Source of the DNA: Octopus vulgaris
Lineage: Eukaryota
Length of the DNA: 64,000 bases
Assembly (NCBI GenBank): GCA_951406725.2
Contig: OX597824.1
Span: 92,876,001-92,940,000, forward strand
Reading direction: 5' to 3'
Below the pieces are notes generated by a model. That model was not told where the DNA came from. It did no database searches and worked only from the letters and a program-made list of their open reading frames with translations. Positions 1 through 13,600 of the stretch are shown here, piece by piece. Position numbers and translations under genes: made by a program. Within the stretch, counting starts at the first letter, position 1, and every line of letters begins with the position of its first letter.

Positions 1-894
1 GAAATGCGCCAGACTGTTTATGGATTAACTCTTCCGCCGAAGCAAAAGATTCCACGGTAGAAAGGAGATGCAAGACGACGAGAGTTGTGAGAGGGTTACG
101 GACGTCAGAAGATCAAAGCTGGTTCAGAAAATTCGTATTTGTCCCAATTAAAATCGTCCCGAAAGGTAATAAGCATTGAAGTGCGTGATATTGTCACAAC
201 TCTACACAATAATACACGAAAATATGAAACTGTGAAAATTTCAAGTTTGTTCCTACTCTGTTTGTTTCTAGTTTGTCCCTTGAAACTGACATTAGCAGAA
301 TTTGAGACTGACATTAGAAGAAAACTATATAGGCATAATTGATGGTATATTTAAGCTACGTTACTTCGATCATATTTTTTTTCAGACATTTAGTATGAAA
401 TTCTAAAAGGTATTCGTCAATGTTATCGAGGTGCATGGGAAATTCGAGGTATTAACTTTACTACCTATAATTTAAGGTGATAAAGTCCATTACACGCCAA
501 GTGGAACATAAGACTATTATCTAATTATATGAATCAAAATTGTTTTATGTTATAAACTAACAAACTATGTTTCAATATTTATACAGTTATTTAAATATCT
601 CTACTTTTTCGTTAGGTCCTACAAATTCTGTGATGCATTCGAAAGAACTAAGACTTTTACAGTACTGTACATTCCTTCGTGATTTCTCGGTTCCAGTACC
701 ATTTCAAGCTTATTTTACTACTGTCTTTTTCTATTTGGGATTTTTCTAACTGCAATATAATTATGTATATTAATTTGAGCCTCTCACAAAGATTTTTTAA
801 ACACACTATGCAACATCAGAATTTTCAAACACACACATGTATGTATATATACATAAGCATATACATACATATAGACATGCACAGACACACACAC

Positions 895-941
<47 letters not shown>

Positions 942-1093
942 TAACTATATATATATATATAAAATAACATATGTATCATAGACATATATAGTTATATACA
1001 CATGCACACACATATATGTATATATATATATATATATATATACGACATTTTAGCAAAAAATGATGAATTCGTATAGCGTTAACTCCATTTTTA

Positions 1094-1150
<57 letters not shown>

Positions 1151-1984
1151 TTGGCTTTCAGCGTTTTGTTTTCTACTTTTTTCTAGCCATGCAATTTGAA
1201 AATGCAAACTCACGTCTTTAATGCATTTTATAAATTTATGTATGTATAAACGTGTTTATTATTCCATCTGTGTTATGTGCTACTTCAAATTTTTAAATAT
1301 TTAGACTAATTTAAGGAGAAGATAATAAGAGGATTTAACATACACGCCAGTTTAGACTTCCAGTATTACAAGTGGCCGGCATGTTCTATTAGAGATATTT
1401 TTATATAAATTTAAAAGAACTGTACACATGATAATGAAACAACTTGAAACTGTTAGAGAAATTATAGTATTTCCGATATCTGATGATAATATTATCCTTC
1501 TGCATTCCCATATATTTTTTTTTTTACGGTTCCGAACATTAAGCCGTTGAAAATATTTGGAAAGGTATTCACACTTCCACGTTCATGTAATTTCATAACC
1601 GTTCTTCGCAACGATAATTATAGTGAAGTGAATGCACATAAACCGGAACATGCTATGATATTATACTTGTATTAATTATAGATGCGATCCTATAATGTAC
1701 TTAAAAATATATAACAGCAAGGACAATAATAATACAAATAGGAAATATTAAGCGTGGCTTAATTTTTGTGAACAAAATACACAGTTTAACATACATTGAA
1801 GTTCTGTTAAGATATATCCTTGACATCATGTGAAACCTCTTCAATTACGAAGCACCTCAAGCACAGATGCAGCAAAAGTACTTGTTGATACTACAGATAT
1901 ATATATATATATATATATATATCGATACATAGATAAACATCAGTTACTCTGTGAATCTCGTGGTTTTAGGCATATTCCGATATG

Positions 1985-2083
<99 letters not shown>

Positions 2084-2347
2084 GTGTGTGTGCACATAAA
2101 ACTGGAATAATGAAGTCAAACCAAATTATATTTTGAAATCATCGAATACGTTTCAGGTTTGTGCTATGTATAACAAAACTGCATCCATTACCTAATCCTT
2201 TCTCAGTAAAAGAATTTGAAAATATGGTTTCATTAGCCGGCCTTGACTCTATATAAGCAGATATTCTGATAATGTCGCCACGTAATTTGTGTTATTAGAC
2301 TCGAACCAAAAATTCTAGTACCTCGCATCGCTTCATAGCCTAACACG

Positions 2348-2397
<50 letters not shown>

Positions 2398-2682
2398 AAG
2401 TATATATGGTCGACTACTGAACGCTACACATTGATTCTTTCTTTCATTTTCATTTTCCTTTTCTTATTCTTTTATGTTGAAGAGCCTACGCTGGAAACTT
2501 TAAAAACTTTCCATTTTATCCTGAGGCGTGAAATTGATACACCTGCTTGTTGTTCATATATATATACATATATAAATATCATTATTAATATATTCCAAGG
2601 TAGCAAAAAAAATTTAAGAAAATTTCTTTGCTGCCAGTAGTCTAGCGAGAAGAAAAAAACTAGTCAAATAGACTATAATTTA

Positions 2683-2854
2683 TTCATATAAAAGTACAGT
2701 GTACATTTAAACACATAAGAGATGATCATAACAGGACATCTGACCCGTTTAGTCCTAATAGTGGTTTGGAGTTTAACTAATCATTCTAGCCGGTCAGATG
2801 TCCTGTTATGGCCATCTCTTATATGTTTAAATATACACTGTATTTTTATATGAA
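2683..2854. mobile_element. Hairpin/MITE-like element with ~63-bp inverted arms
   Basis: 2683-2745 (ttcatataaaagtacagtgtac...caggacatctgacc) is the reverse complement of 2792-2854 (ggtcagatgtcctgttatg...tttttatatgaa) with about 5 mismatches; outer ctagtcaaata (2660) / tatttgactag (2901) extends the symmetry. Confidence 0.75.
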
Positions 2855-3140
2855 CTATATATATATATATATATATACATATGACATATTGTCTATATTT
2901 TATTTGACTAGACGAAAAGGTAGAAATGAAGAAGAGAGGAGTGAGAGAATCTGAGAAAAAGGGAGAGATTAGAGTAGAGAGAAAAGGGAGAATACTCTCA
3001 TAGGTCAGACATCAGAGCTGTTGCCTCAGAATTCCTTCATCGGAAACTGCAATACGAAAATGAAAACATGTATATAAATAACAAAGAAATAACGAATAGA
3101 AAGAAGCTGTAGTCGGTTTAAACCGAGTATAATAACGAAA

Positions 3141-3533
3141 TCTTTATTTATAAAACTGAAGTTGTGTGTCTCCTACGATTTAGATTCCTAACTACTCCCA
3201 CATTTTGCGGTGCAGTTTAACCAAAACCGGGTATCTTATAGTCGTGATTCATATCGAGCCCTTTTGGGTATTAGCGCGCGTCTACAATGAGTCTACGATT
3301 TTTAAAAATATTTATCATCATTTTTTCCATTTTAATGCATTTTTTCGCTATTATATAAGGGAAGTCGCTCTCTAAAAATGTCTACGATGAGTCAACGATT
3401 TAAAAAAAAATTTACCATATTTTTTTTTCCATTTTTAATACATTTTTTTGCTATTGTTTTCCTATAACTCTCTAAAAATGCTTATATAGTTATTTCCCTT
3501 ACAGACCCGAGCAACGCCGGGCGATACTGCTAG
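3141..3533 (+). mobile_element. Non-autonomous Helitron
   Basis: Starts A|TC (tctttatttataaaactgaag), ends with GC-rich hairpin cccgagcaacgccggg then CTAG|T, i.e. inserted between A and T with no TSD; internal ~100-bp duplication (tctacaatgagtctacgatt / tctacgatgagtcaacgatt). Confidence 0.85.
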
Positions 3534-3559
3534 TTTAATATAAATCTATCTCAAAGCAG

Positions 3560-3930
3560 CATATACACCAACCAATGAAAATTACGTGCATGGCATTGGG
3601 AAAAAACGTCTACAGCACCCCAAATTGTTTCTGCCCGTGCTTTTTTGCAGTCTGTGTGATCCGTTTTGCCTCTTTTGTGGCAGTGGTTACAGGTTCTTCA
3701 AATATTTTCAGGATCAATGTCAAATTCCTTTGCGAATTTGCAAGCTTCCTTGACATTAGAATGTGATTGTTGCTGCTCTCATAATTACACAAAAGCCGCG
3801 GCGTCAAGGTCATTGTAGTGGATAAGTACTTATTCATTGCTTTTGTGGAGGTCTTAGAGCACAGTTCTACCTGCATCATTCCTGTTACTCCATTACGTCT
3901 AGGTAGGTACAGACGATCAGCGTGTGCTTT
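3560..3930 (-). mobile_element. Decayed R4/Dong-like non-LTR retrotransposon ORF fragment (post-RT region)
   Basis: Translation KAHADRLYLPRRNGVTGMMQVE resembles the HPKADxDRLYLPRxxGGRGLxQ motif of R4/Dong-clade elements; abuts a short (TAA)-like tract at ~3931-3945. Confidence 0.7.
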
Positions 3931-3952
3931 ATTATTCTTATTATTAAGATGT

Positions 3953-4153
3953 AAAGCTGACAGAATCGTGCGCAGGCCGGGCGAAATGCTTTCGTCTGTT
4001 TTCAAGTTCTGAGATCAAATTTTTGCCGAGGTTGATTTTGCCTTTCATCTTCTCCGTGTCGATAAATTAAGGACCAGGGAAAAAAACTGGAGTTGATGCA
4101 AGCGACTAGTCCTCTCCCGCACAATGGCTTCCCCTTATGACAAAATTTGAAAC
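3953..4153 (+). mobile_element. tRNA-derived SINE family A, diverged copy
   Basis: Matches the family-A consensus seen elsewhere (gccgggcgaaatgct...gttctgag.tcaaat...gccgaggt.ga.tttgcctttcatc...gtcgataaattaag); ends aaaatttgaaacc. Confidence 0.75.
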
Positions 4154-4676
<523 letters not shown>

Positions 4677-4685
4677 TCTATTTAA

Positions 4686-4890
4686 GTCGGCGTGCTGGCG
4701 CAATCCTTAGCACTACGGACAAAATGCTTCACGGCATTTTGTCCGTCTTTACGTTCTGAGTTCAACTTCCACGAAGGTTGACTTTGCTTTACATTTCTTT
4801 TGGGGTCGATAAAATAATTTCCGGTTCACACTGGGGTCGATATAATTGACTAGTCACCACCACAAAAATTGCTGCTCTTCTAGCAAACTT
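4686..4890 (+). mobile_element. SINE family A copy
   Basis: acgttctgagttcaacttcc...ttgactttgc...ggggtcgataaaa...ctggggtcgatataat. Confidence 0.75.
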
Positions 4891-5136
4891 TGTAGTAGTA
4901 GATTTTGTTGTTGTTGTTGTATCAAGTGTGCTGTTTTGTTTGGTTTTGGTTCTTGTCTGAATATCTGTTAATGGATGGCGTCGTGAATTCTGGCAGATGT
5001 CATTTTCTGTTTAATTATGAATTGTCTCTCTATTCTATATACAATTATGATACATGAATACAATAATACGTATGATTATACGTTATCCATAATGTATGTC
5101 TTATAGTCGATTTTGACATCTACGGACACCGAAGTG

Positions 5137-5500
<364 letters not shown>

Positions 5501-5950
5501 TATGATTGAAAGAGTTACACGAAAATATGTCTTGGATTTGTAGCAGCATAGACACATTCCAGTCCTCATTACAAGACATGTCTGCAGCAAAATATATTCT
5601 CAACTTCCCTAGGTAGTCATAGCTTATTTACAGCACAGCCATTTCTCTATCATCAAAAGATCAGCGCGTCGGACAAACTGCTTGACAGCATCTCATCCAG
5701 TTCTATGTTATCGATTCAAATGCTGTTGCAGTGAGTTCACCTTTCAACGTTTCAGGGCCGATAAAATGATGTACCAGTCATATACTGAAGTTGATATGTA
5801 ATAGCGATAATAATAGTTGTATTTATTTGCGCCCCCTTAACATTCTTTGTTCAAATATCACTGATATCAAGATAGTTTTTCGTCTTCTCAATGCCTTTAA
5901 AATAAATACCGATCAATTATAACTAACCACGTTTAAAACATCTGTGGTTA

Positions 5951-6213
5951 TAGTAAAGATTGTTTGCCAACACAACATGTCAGTCCTGGTTTAGGACGAA
6001 TGTTGCTGTCATTTATCCCCTGGAGACATTGTTTCCAGCTGGCTATACTCAGATATTGTTTTGAGCTGAGGGGGGCTAGATTCCCTTGTTCGAAAATATA
6101 AGGACAGATCGTGTCGTGTAGCGAGCTGGAAACGATGTCTCCCGGGGATAAATTACAGCAACATTAGCCCTAAACCAGGACTGCCATGTTACTTTGGCAA
6201 ACAATCTTTACTA
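5951..6213. mobile_element. MITE with ~95-bp terminal inverted repeats, TA at both ends
   Basis: tagtaaagattgtttgccaa...gtttccagctggcta (5951-6045) pairs with tagcgagctggaaacgatgtctcc...ttggcaaacaatctttacta (6119-6213). Confidence 0.85.
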
Positions 6214-7109
6214 CACAGTACTTTGTGAGATTTTAAAATAGTAAATTTCTAATCTGTGGTTATAATTTAAATAAAAATGCAAGAAACGTATGATACTAAA
6301 CCATGTAAAATAGTTGCGTTCGTCCTTCGCTTTTCTTCAATAAATTAATTACCAGGAATTATTCTGAAATGTACATAACAGAGTTTACTTATATCTCGTC
6401 AGTATTTGACTATCTTTAGACCAGGAGATATAGTCATCAATAACATTTTTCTGGCAGTAAATGTGGCGAAGATTTGGAATCTAAGATTAAATGCAACGGA
6501 ATGTTATATGCTTTCTCTACATTTTTGCGTTATTAAGTTTATATCTCAATTTATTTTTCATCATGACAAATTGTTTTCCCTGATAAAGGGATTTGACAAT
6601 AATTTACTGCCAACGTTCCCGTCAACTCTATGGATTTCCCACAAATAATCCCATTGAATATCTAAATGAATATCTAATGATTATAACAATGTTTGAAGAG
6701 CGGATTCAAATTAAGTGTTTTGTCTATAAATGCATCGCTGAATCCAAACAGACTGGCATGTATTTTATTTTGGAATCAGTTATTGATGACATAAATTAAT
6801 ACGCATGCAGTTAAAATTGGCATGGATTAATGATTATGCGATTAAATATCCATGAGGTATGATTTATTGCTTTTTGCTGGTACATGATTCATACATAATT
6901 TATAGGTTTGAAAGCTATGAAAGAAACAGTTCATTAAATGATAGGAAACAAGAGCTAAGAGACTAAATCTATTAGAATATTTTCTTCGGAGCTTCACTTC
7001 TTTAAGACACTATATTTCTGGCAACATGTGATCTCAGTTCAAATCGCAGGTTTGTCTTCCATTCTTTTGAAGTTGATAAACAACTTGATAGCAGTCTGGG
7101 TGAAATGAA

Positions 7110-7725
7110 TGGCAGCGAACTGGCAGAGACGTTAGCAAGCCGGGAAAAATGCTCAGCAGTATTTCGTCTGTCGCTACGTTCTCAGTTCAAATTCCGCCGA
7201 GGTCGACGTTGTCTTTCATCCTTTCGGGGTCGATAAATTAAGTACTAGTTACTCACTGGGGTCGATATAATCGACTTAATCCGTTTGTCTGTCCTTGTTT
7301 GTCCCTTCTGTGTTTATCCCCTTGTGGGCAGTAAAGAAATAAGAAACGTTAGCACGCCGGGCAAAATGCTCAGCAGTGTTTCGTCTGTCGCTACGTTCTG
7401 AGTTCAAATTCCGCCGAGGTCGACTTTGCTTTTCATCCTTTCGGGGTCGATTAACTAAGTACCAGTTACTCACTAGGGTCGATATAATCGAATTAATCCG
7501 TTTGTTTGTCCTTGTTTGTCCTTTCTGTGTTTAGCCCCTTGTGGGTAGTTAAAAAAAAATAGGTATTTCGTATGTCGTTACGTTCTGAGTTCAAATTCCA
7601 CTGAGGTCATCTTTGCCATTCATACTTTCGACGTTGATAAAATATTACTCCTGGAGCACTGGCGTCGATGTAATCAACTACCTCCCTGGTTCAAAGCTTC
7701 AGGCCTTCTGTCTGCAGCAGAACGG
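7110..7725 (+). mobile_element. Head-to-tail multimer (about 3 units) of SINE family A
   Basis: Body tatttcgtctgtcgctacgttctgagttcaaattccgccgaggtcgac recurs at ~7160, ~7378 and ~7564; first two units end in the ccccttgtggg.agt tail. Confidence 0.85.
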
Positions 7726-7937
7726 GTTATTACTAACTCTATTTCATGTTGTATTAGTTAGCAAAATTGTTTTGATATTTTCCTAGAAAAAAATGTACAA
7801 GAAATGTTAGATCCTGCCCCGAATGGATTCGATTTCAAAAATTCAAGGGTATACAGCATAAGCGAACAAGTTTTTGAAAAGGAACTGTCGATTTTATGGT
7901 TAGCTGGAAGAGATTGCGGCTTCTTTGTTATTATTAA

Positions 7938-8118
7938 GGCGGCAAGGCGGCGAGCTAGCAGATACGTTAGCACGCCGGGCGAAATGCTTAGCATTCCACC
8001 GAGGTCCACTTTACTTTTCACCCTTTTGGGGTCGATAAACTAAGTACCAGTGAAACACTGGGGTCGATGTAATTCATTTGTCCCCATCCCACAAATTTGA
8101 GGCCTATAGTACAAAGGA
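7938..8118 (+). mobile_element. SINE family A copy with internal deletion
   Basis: ggcggcgagctagcagatacgttagcacgccgggcgaaatgcttagc joined directly to attccaccgaggtc; ggggtcgataaactaagtaccag. Confidence 0.8.
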
Positions 8119-8141
8119 ATACATACACACATATATATATA

Positions 8142-8231
<90 letters not shown>

Positions 8232-8476
8232 TCAGTGAGTAACTTTTATACGTGAACTTAATAAAATTATTCGATCCGATCTCTTTCAAATTGTACTTTT
8301 CTCGGGTTAAGTCCCACTGCATGTTTTCTACTATAACCTGAGGCCAACTAGAACCTTGTCAGTGATTTTGGCTGACAGAAACTGATGGAATCTCACCGTA
8401 ATCTGAAACCCTTAGTACATCCCGTGCGGCATCGTTTTATTCTGGTTCATCTAGAAAGTAACTATAGCAACCTAGT

Positions 8477-9055
8477 TTACTACCACTGCCTTAGTGAAGG
8501 CGAATTGTTTGTTTGTTTGTCCGTGGACGGAATATTCCAAGAAACGGTGGATGGAATACGATGAAACTTTCAGTGATGTTTGGATTTGTGACTGGCATGA
8601 ATTGATTACATTTTAGGATCGATCCGGCACCGGGTAAGGATTATGGATTATTTTTTATATGTAGTTTACATGATTACGATCTTACGTTAACTTTCAAGTC
8701 TTTCTCAATTATTACCCTTTAGGCTGTAACTATTTTGAGAGGTGTATTTGTTAACTTTGGCTTGTATTAGATAAGAATAAATTATTAATATTGTTACTAA
8801 ATTTTCCACAGCCGCAATCACATTCCATGACTATCATTGGGATTGATCAGATGCCGGACAAAGATTTTGGATTATCTTAGCGTATGTTTTTATATTAACT
8901 TTTGAGAGCGCTCGGGTTCATTTTTAGTATTCTCATTTGTGAGAGCAGTCGAGTTAATTTCAGTTATTCTCATTTTAAAAATCCTCTCCGGCTAATCGTT
9001 GAGAGGACATTGGTGCTGCCTTTGCGGAGGCTTGCGCTCTCTGAGTGCTCTTGTT
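8477..9055 (+). mobile_element. Helentron-associated (HINE/DINE-1-like) non-autonomous element
   Basis: 5' ttactaccactgcctt..aaggc followed by (GTTT)n then gtccgt; 3' end tttgcggaggcttgcgctctctgagtgctcttgtt (subterminal inverted repeat plus small hairpin, T-rich ends), resembling the widespread TTACCTCCGCC...GGCGGAGGT.TGCGCTCT.TGAGTGC layout. Confidence 0.65.
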
Positions 9056-9231
9056 TTATAATTTGCATATTCTTTTTTTAGAATCCCGAAACGACTTTAC
9101 TAAATTTTATTTTTCAGGAATCGGGTCCAGCTAGTGGCATCGTGTGAATGACAATAACCAGGCGGGTGTACAGCCGATTCTAACGGGGAGAAAGACAGAG
9201 GGAGTGGAAGATGGCGCTAGTAATGGGGATA

Positions 9232-9232
<1 letters not shown>

Positions 9233-9315
<83 letters not shown>
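9233..9315. repeat. (TAG)n microsatellite
   Basis: Directly visible. Confidence 0.97.
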
Positions 9316-10092
9316 CAGGGTAGGAGGAGGAGGGGTAGGAGGAGGAAGAGGAGAAAGTGAAATAGGAGGGGGAGGAGATGGAGGAAGGTGTGTATATACA
9401 AAGCTATGTGGACTGCAATAGGCTTGCTGACCGGGAAGTATATCAATGTTTTCGGGTCTCTAAATAAGATCGATTTATCTGCTCTATTCTGTATGTATTG
9501 GACTGATTTTATTAGTCTAATTTTAGCATAAAATACTCAGTTATAATGTGTGTATGTAATATCAAGTTCAGGACTCCGTGGGATTTTTGCTTTGCACCCA
9601 CATGTCTTTTATTTGATGTCCCAGGGTGAGTATCAACGTAACACAAAACCTGAAGAATGATTTGAACACAGAAGGAAAGTGCACATAGCACCACCATTTC
9701 TACGAAGCATCGGTCCTTTTGGCAGTTAATTAATAAATGAGCTTTTGACAGCCGAAAACGAAATAGAAAAAAACGAGTATAAGAGAGATATACACTGAGA
9801 GGAAGAGGAAGAGGAAAAGAGAGAGAGAGAGAGAGAGATAGTGATAGAAAGATAAACACAGCGATATAACACTTGACTATTTGCAGAGTGTGGATAAATC
9901 AATATTTTAACCCTTTCCTTACTGATGAAAAAAGAAACAAAAACAAACTTTCGAAAACCTTCAGAGTTGTTGAAGCATGCAATCAGCAAGTTGCAATTTT
10001 ATACAGATGTTTGACAAAACTGCCATGTTCATGCATATTCTGATAGTAATTATGATTCATTTCGGGATTGGCTACACTTTGTCACTCATTTT

Positions 10093-10471
10093 ATATTATT
10101 ATTATCATTATCATTATTATTATCATTATTATTATTATTATTATTGTTATTATTATTATTATTATTATGATTATTATTGTTGTTGTTGTTATTATTATTA
10201 TTATTATTGTTATTATTATTATTATTATGATTATTATTATTGTTGTTGTTATTATTATTATTATTATTGTTATTATTATTATTATTATCATTATTATTAT
10301 TATTACCATTTTTTTTTTTTTTTTTTTTGTATTTCATGTTTTGCCTGATATTGATAATGTATCCGCTGATATTGCAAATTGTTATTTCTTTTAGTACTGT
10401 TGTCTTTGCAATGGCTGTTATTCTAATTCTTCCTCCTCATCATCCTCATACTCCTCTTCTTGTTGTTGTTG

Positions 10472-10536
<65 letters not shown>

Positions 10537-10552
10537 GTTATTATTATTATTA

Positions 10553-10605
<53 letters not shown>
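10093..10605. repeat. (ATT/GTT)n microsatellite blocks
   Basis: Two tracts, ~10093-10305 and ~10460-10605. Confidence 0.95.
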
Positions 10606-11326
10606 TTCTGATTTTTCATCTTACTCATACTTGACTATGTTTTCCCTTTTTTTTTTACTTCATCTTTCGCTAACGTTGCATCTTTTCTCAACATTTATAC
10701 ATTTTTTTTTCTTTCTTACCTTTTCCTCCCATAATTTCTTTTCTTCTCAATACTGTTGCATTTCCAGTTTGTTTTTTCTTCTTTTCTTCCTCTTCTATTT
10801 CTCATCTACTTCTTCATCATATCATTCATCTTTTTTTTCTTTTCTTCTATTTTCTCTGCTTCTGCTACTGCCGTGTAACCGCTCCTGCCTTGGTTTCCTC
10901 ATTAATCTTCCATTGCCCTATCACCAATATATATATATATGTGTATGTATGTGTGCATGTGTGTGTGTGCGTGTGTGTAAATCTCCACCACTAAAGATTT
11001 GCTAATCTAATGGTGTGCTGTGAGATTCGTGTTCAATATTGATTTATGAACTTATCACGTGCAGATGCTTAATTATACCACGTGTGTATTACGATAAGAC
11101 ACAGGTAAACATGTCCACATGTCGTGTTGCTTACGTAAGGCCTTATTAAATATGACTAAAACAAACCTGAGTAAGTTTGTGTATGTGTGTATGTATCTAT
11201 GTACATTTGTTAGCATAGATATGGTACATATACGCACAAGCAGACTTGTGCACGCACTTAAGTTCAGTGTATGTGTGTATGTCTGTGTGTGTGCATGTGT
11301 ATATGTATATGTATGTATGTATATAT

Positions 11327-11363
<37 letters not shown>

Positions 11364-11496
11364 CATACATATATTTATACATATATATATATGTGTGTCT
11401 ATATATATGTATATATATACACATAGTAGCGCAATGGGACTAAAAAATATTAGTTGCCAGGCGATACAGGGAGCCCACCGGCAGCTACAACGCTAT

Positions 11497-11915
11497 CTTT
11501 ACTCTTTTACTTGTTTAAGTCATTTGACTGCGGCTATGCTGGAGCACCGCCTTTAGTCGAGCAAATCGACCTCAGGACTTATTCTTTGTAAGCCTAGTAC
11601 TTATTCTATTGGTCATTCTTGCCGAATCGCTAAGTTACGGGTACGTAAACACAACAGTGTCTGTTGTCAAGCGATGGTGGGACAAACACAGACATACAAA
11701 CACACACACACACACACACACACATACACACATATATATATATATGCATGTACATATTTCCGACGGGCTTCTTTCAGTTTCCGTCTACCAAATCCACTCA
11801 CAAGTCTTTGGTCGGCCTGAGGCTATAGTAGAAGACACTTGCCCAAGGTGCCACGCATTGGGATTGTACCCGGAACCATGTGGTCGGTAAGCAAGCTACT
11901 TACCACGCAGCCACT
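11497..11915 (-). mobile_element. SINE family B (tRNA head, CORE-like block, internal microsatellite, (AAAAGAGT)n tail)
   Basis: Reverse complement of the copies at 20204 and 27012; contains cacttgcccaaggtgcc (CORE-like ccttgggcaagt on the minus strand). Confidence 0.9.
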
Positions 11916-12114
11916 ATTCAATTGTCTACAAAAACAGTCAGGCTGAAATAATTGATGCATTCTTCCAGGAGTGAATAAAAAATTATCAAACCTGAAGGAG
12001 ATTTAGGCCCCTTAGATACTAACATGCTCCCCACCACCACCATATATGAGTTCTAATGGCGCAGGGGTCCACTTGGCATTAGGTAAGCTGTCAATCTGAC
12101 CAGTCCGCAACTGC

Positions 12115-12411
<297 letters not shown>

Positions 12412-13050
12412 ACACGCTTTTGGAAATAGTTGAGGCACAGGCAGTAAAATCAGTTACTTCCTGTGCAATATTTGCGGTGAACAGCGAAATGGGTTTCCAC
12501 GACAGTCTGTGGCAATCTATTTAGAATAGTATTATAGAAGATAGAGGACATGGTAAAATTTGTGATTTGATCGCTTATTTCTTTAATTAATTCATGGTTT
12601 ACTCTGCTAATCTTAAGAGAGACTAGTACCCTATACAAGTAAAGAACTTACAAGATGTGTATTTGCTTACATTATGAATTTCTGGCAGTAAAACATCTTA
12701 TAGTATATGAGACTGTCAAAGTATTTAACAGCATTGCTTCTAATTCATTTAAGAGATTAAGTAATATCATTCTTGATAACACCTAATATCTCTCAAATTA
12801 ACTACTTATTGAAGAGTGTAAGGAAATTGTTCAATTCAGAATTCAGTAACTTTTGTAAATAGAAGTAAAGAAATCTCTGAATTGAACAGAAAAAATTCAG
12901 CAAATTTTCCCATCTTCGTTTATATTTATTTTAGCTTACAGTTTCACCATTCACTTCAACTTTAATCCATTTGGCAGTTTATTATTTGGAATACTTTACA
13001 GGAACATATCAGAAATATTACTCTTGAAAACACGGACACAAATGTATACA

Positions 13051-13104
<54 letters not shown>

Positions 13105-13164
13105 CACACACACAGATATACGTATATATATATATATATATACACACACATACACACACACAGA

Positions 13165-13202
<38 letters not shown>

Positions 13203-13208
13203 TATATC

Positions 13209-13480
13209 TTTATAAAAAAGAAGTTTGAAAACGCCACTATATAAGATAAATTTTAATCTTCTTAGAAATTTTACATTTGGGTTTATGCTCTTAAATTCTT
13301 TCGGTATCTCTTCATTTAACGAGATGATGCTGTTGGTGTCTGTTTTAGTAGGCATGTTCGGAAGCTCGTACGTGATATGATATGTATGATATGTGTAGGT
13401 GATATACGAGTGGGTATATATTTATAAAAACCAAGTTTGAAACGCCACTATATAAGATAAATTGTATTTTTCTTAGAAAT
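13209..13480 (-). repeat. Short element with ~60-bp direct repeat (212-bp period) inside (TA)n
   Basis: tttataaaaa..aagtttgaaacgccactatataagataaatt....tcttagaaat at 13209-13269 and 13421-13480. Confidence 0.7.
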
Positions 13481-13600
13481 ATATATATACATATATATAT
13501 ATATATATTCTAAATGTCTCAAGACTAGCATCACTCTTGAAACTCAGAGTACCAACGAAATTGATTCGAACCGTTTGTATCCATACATATATACATATAT

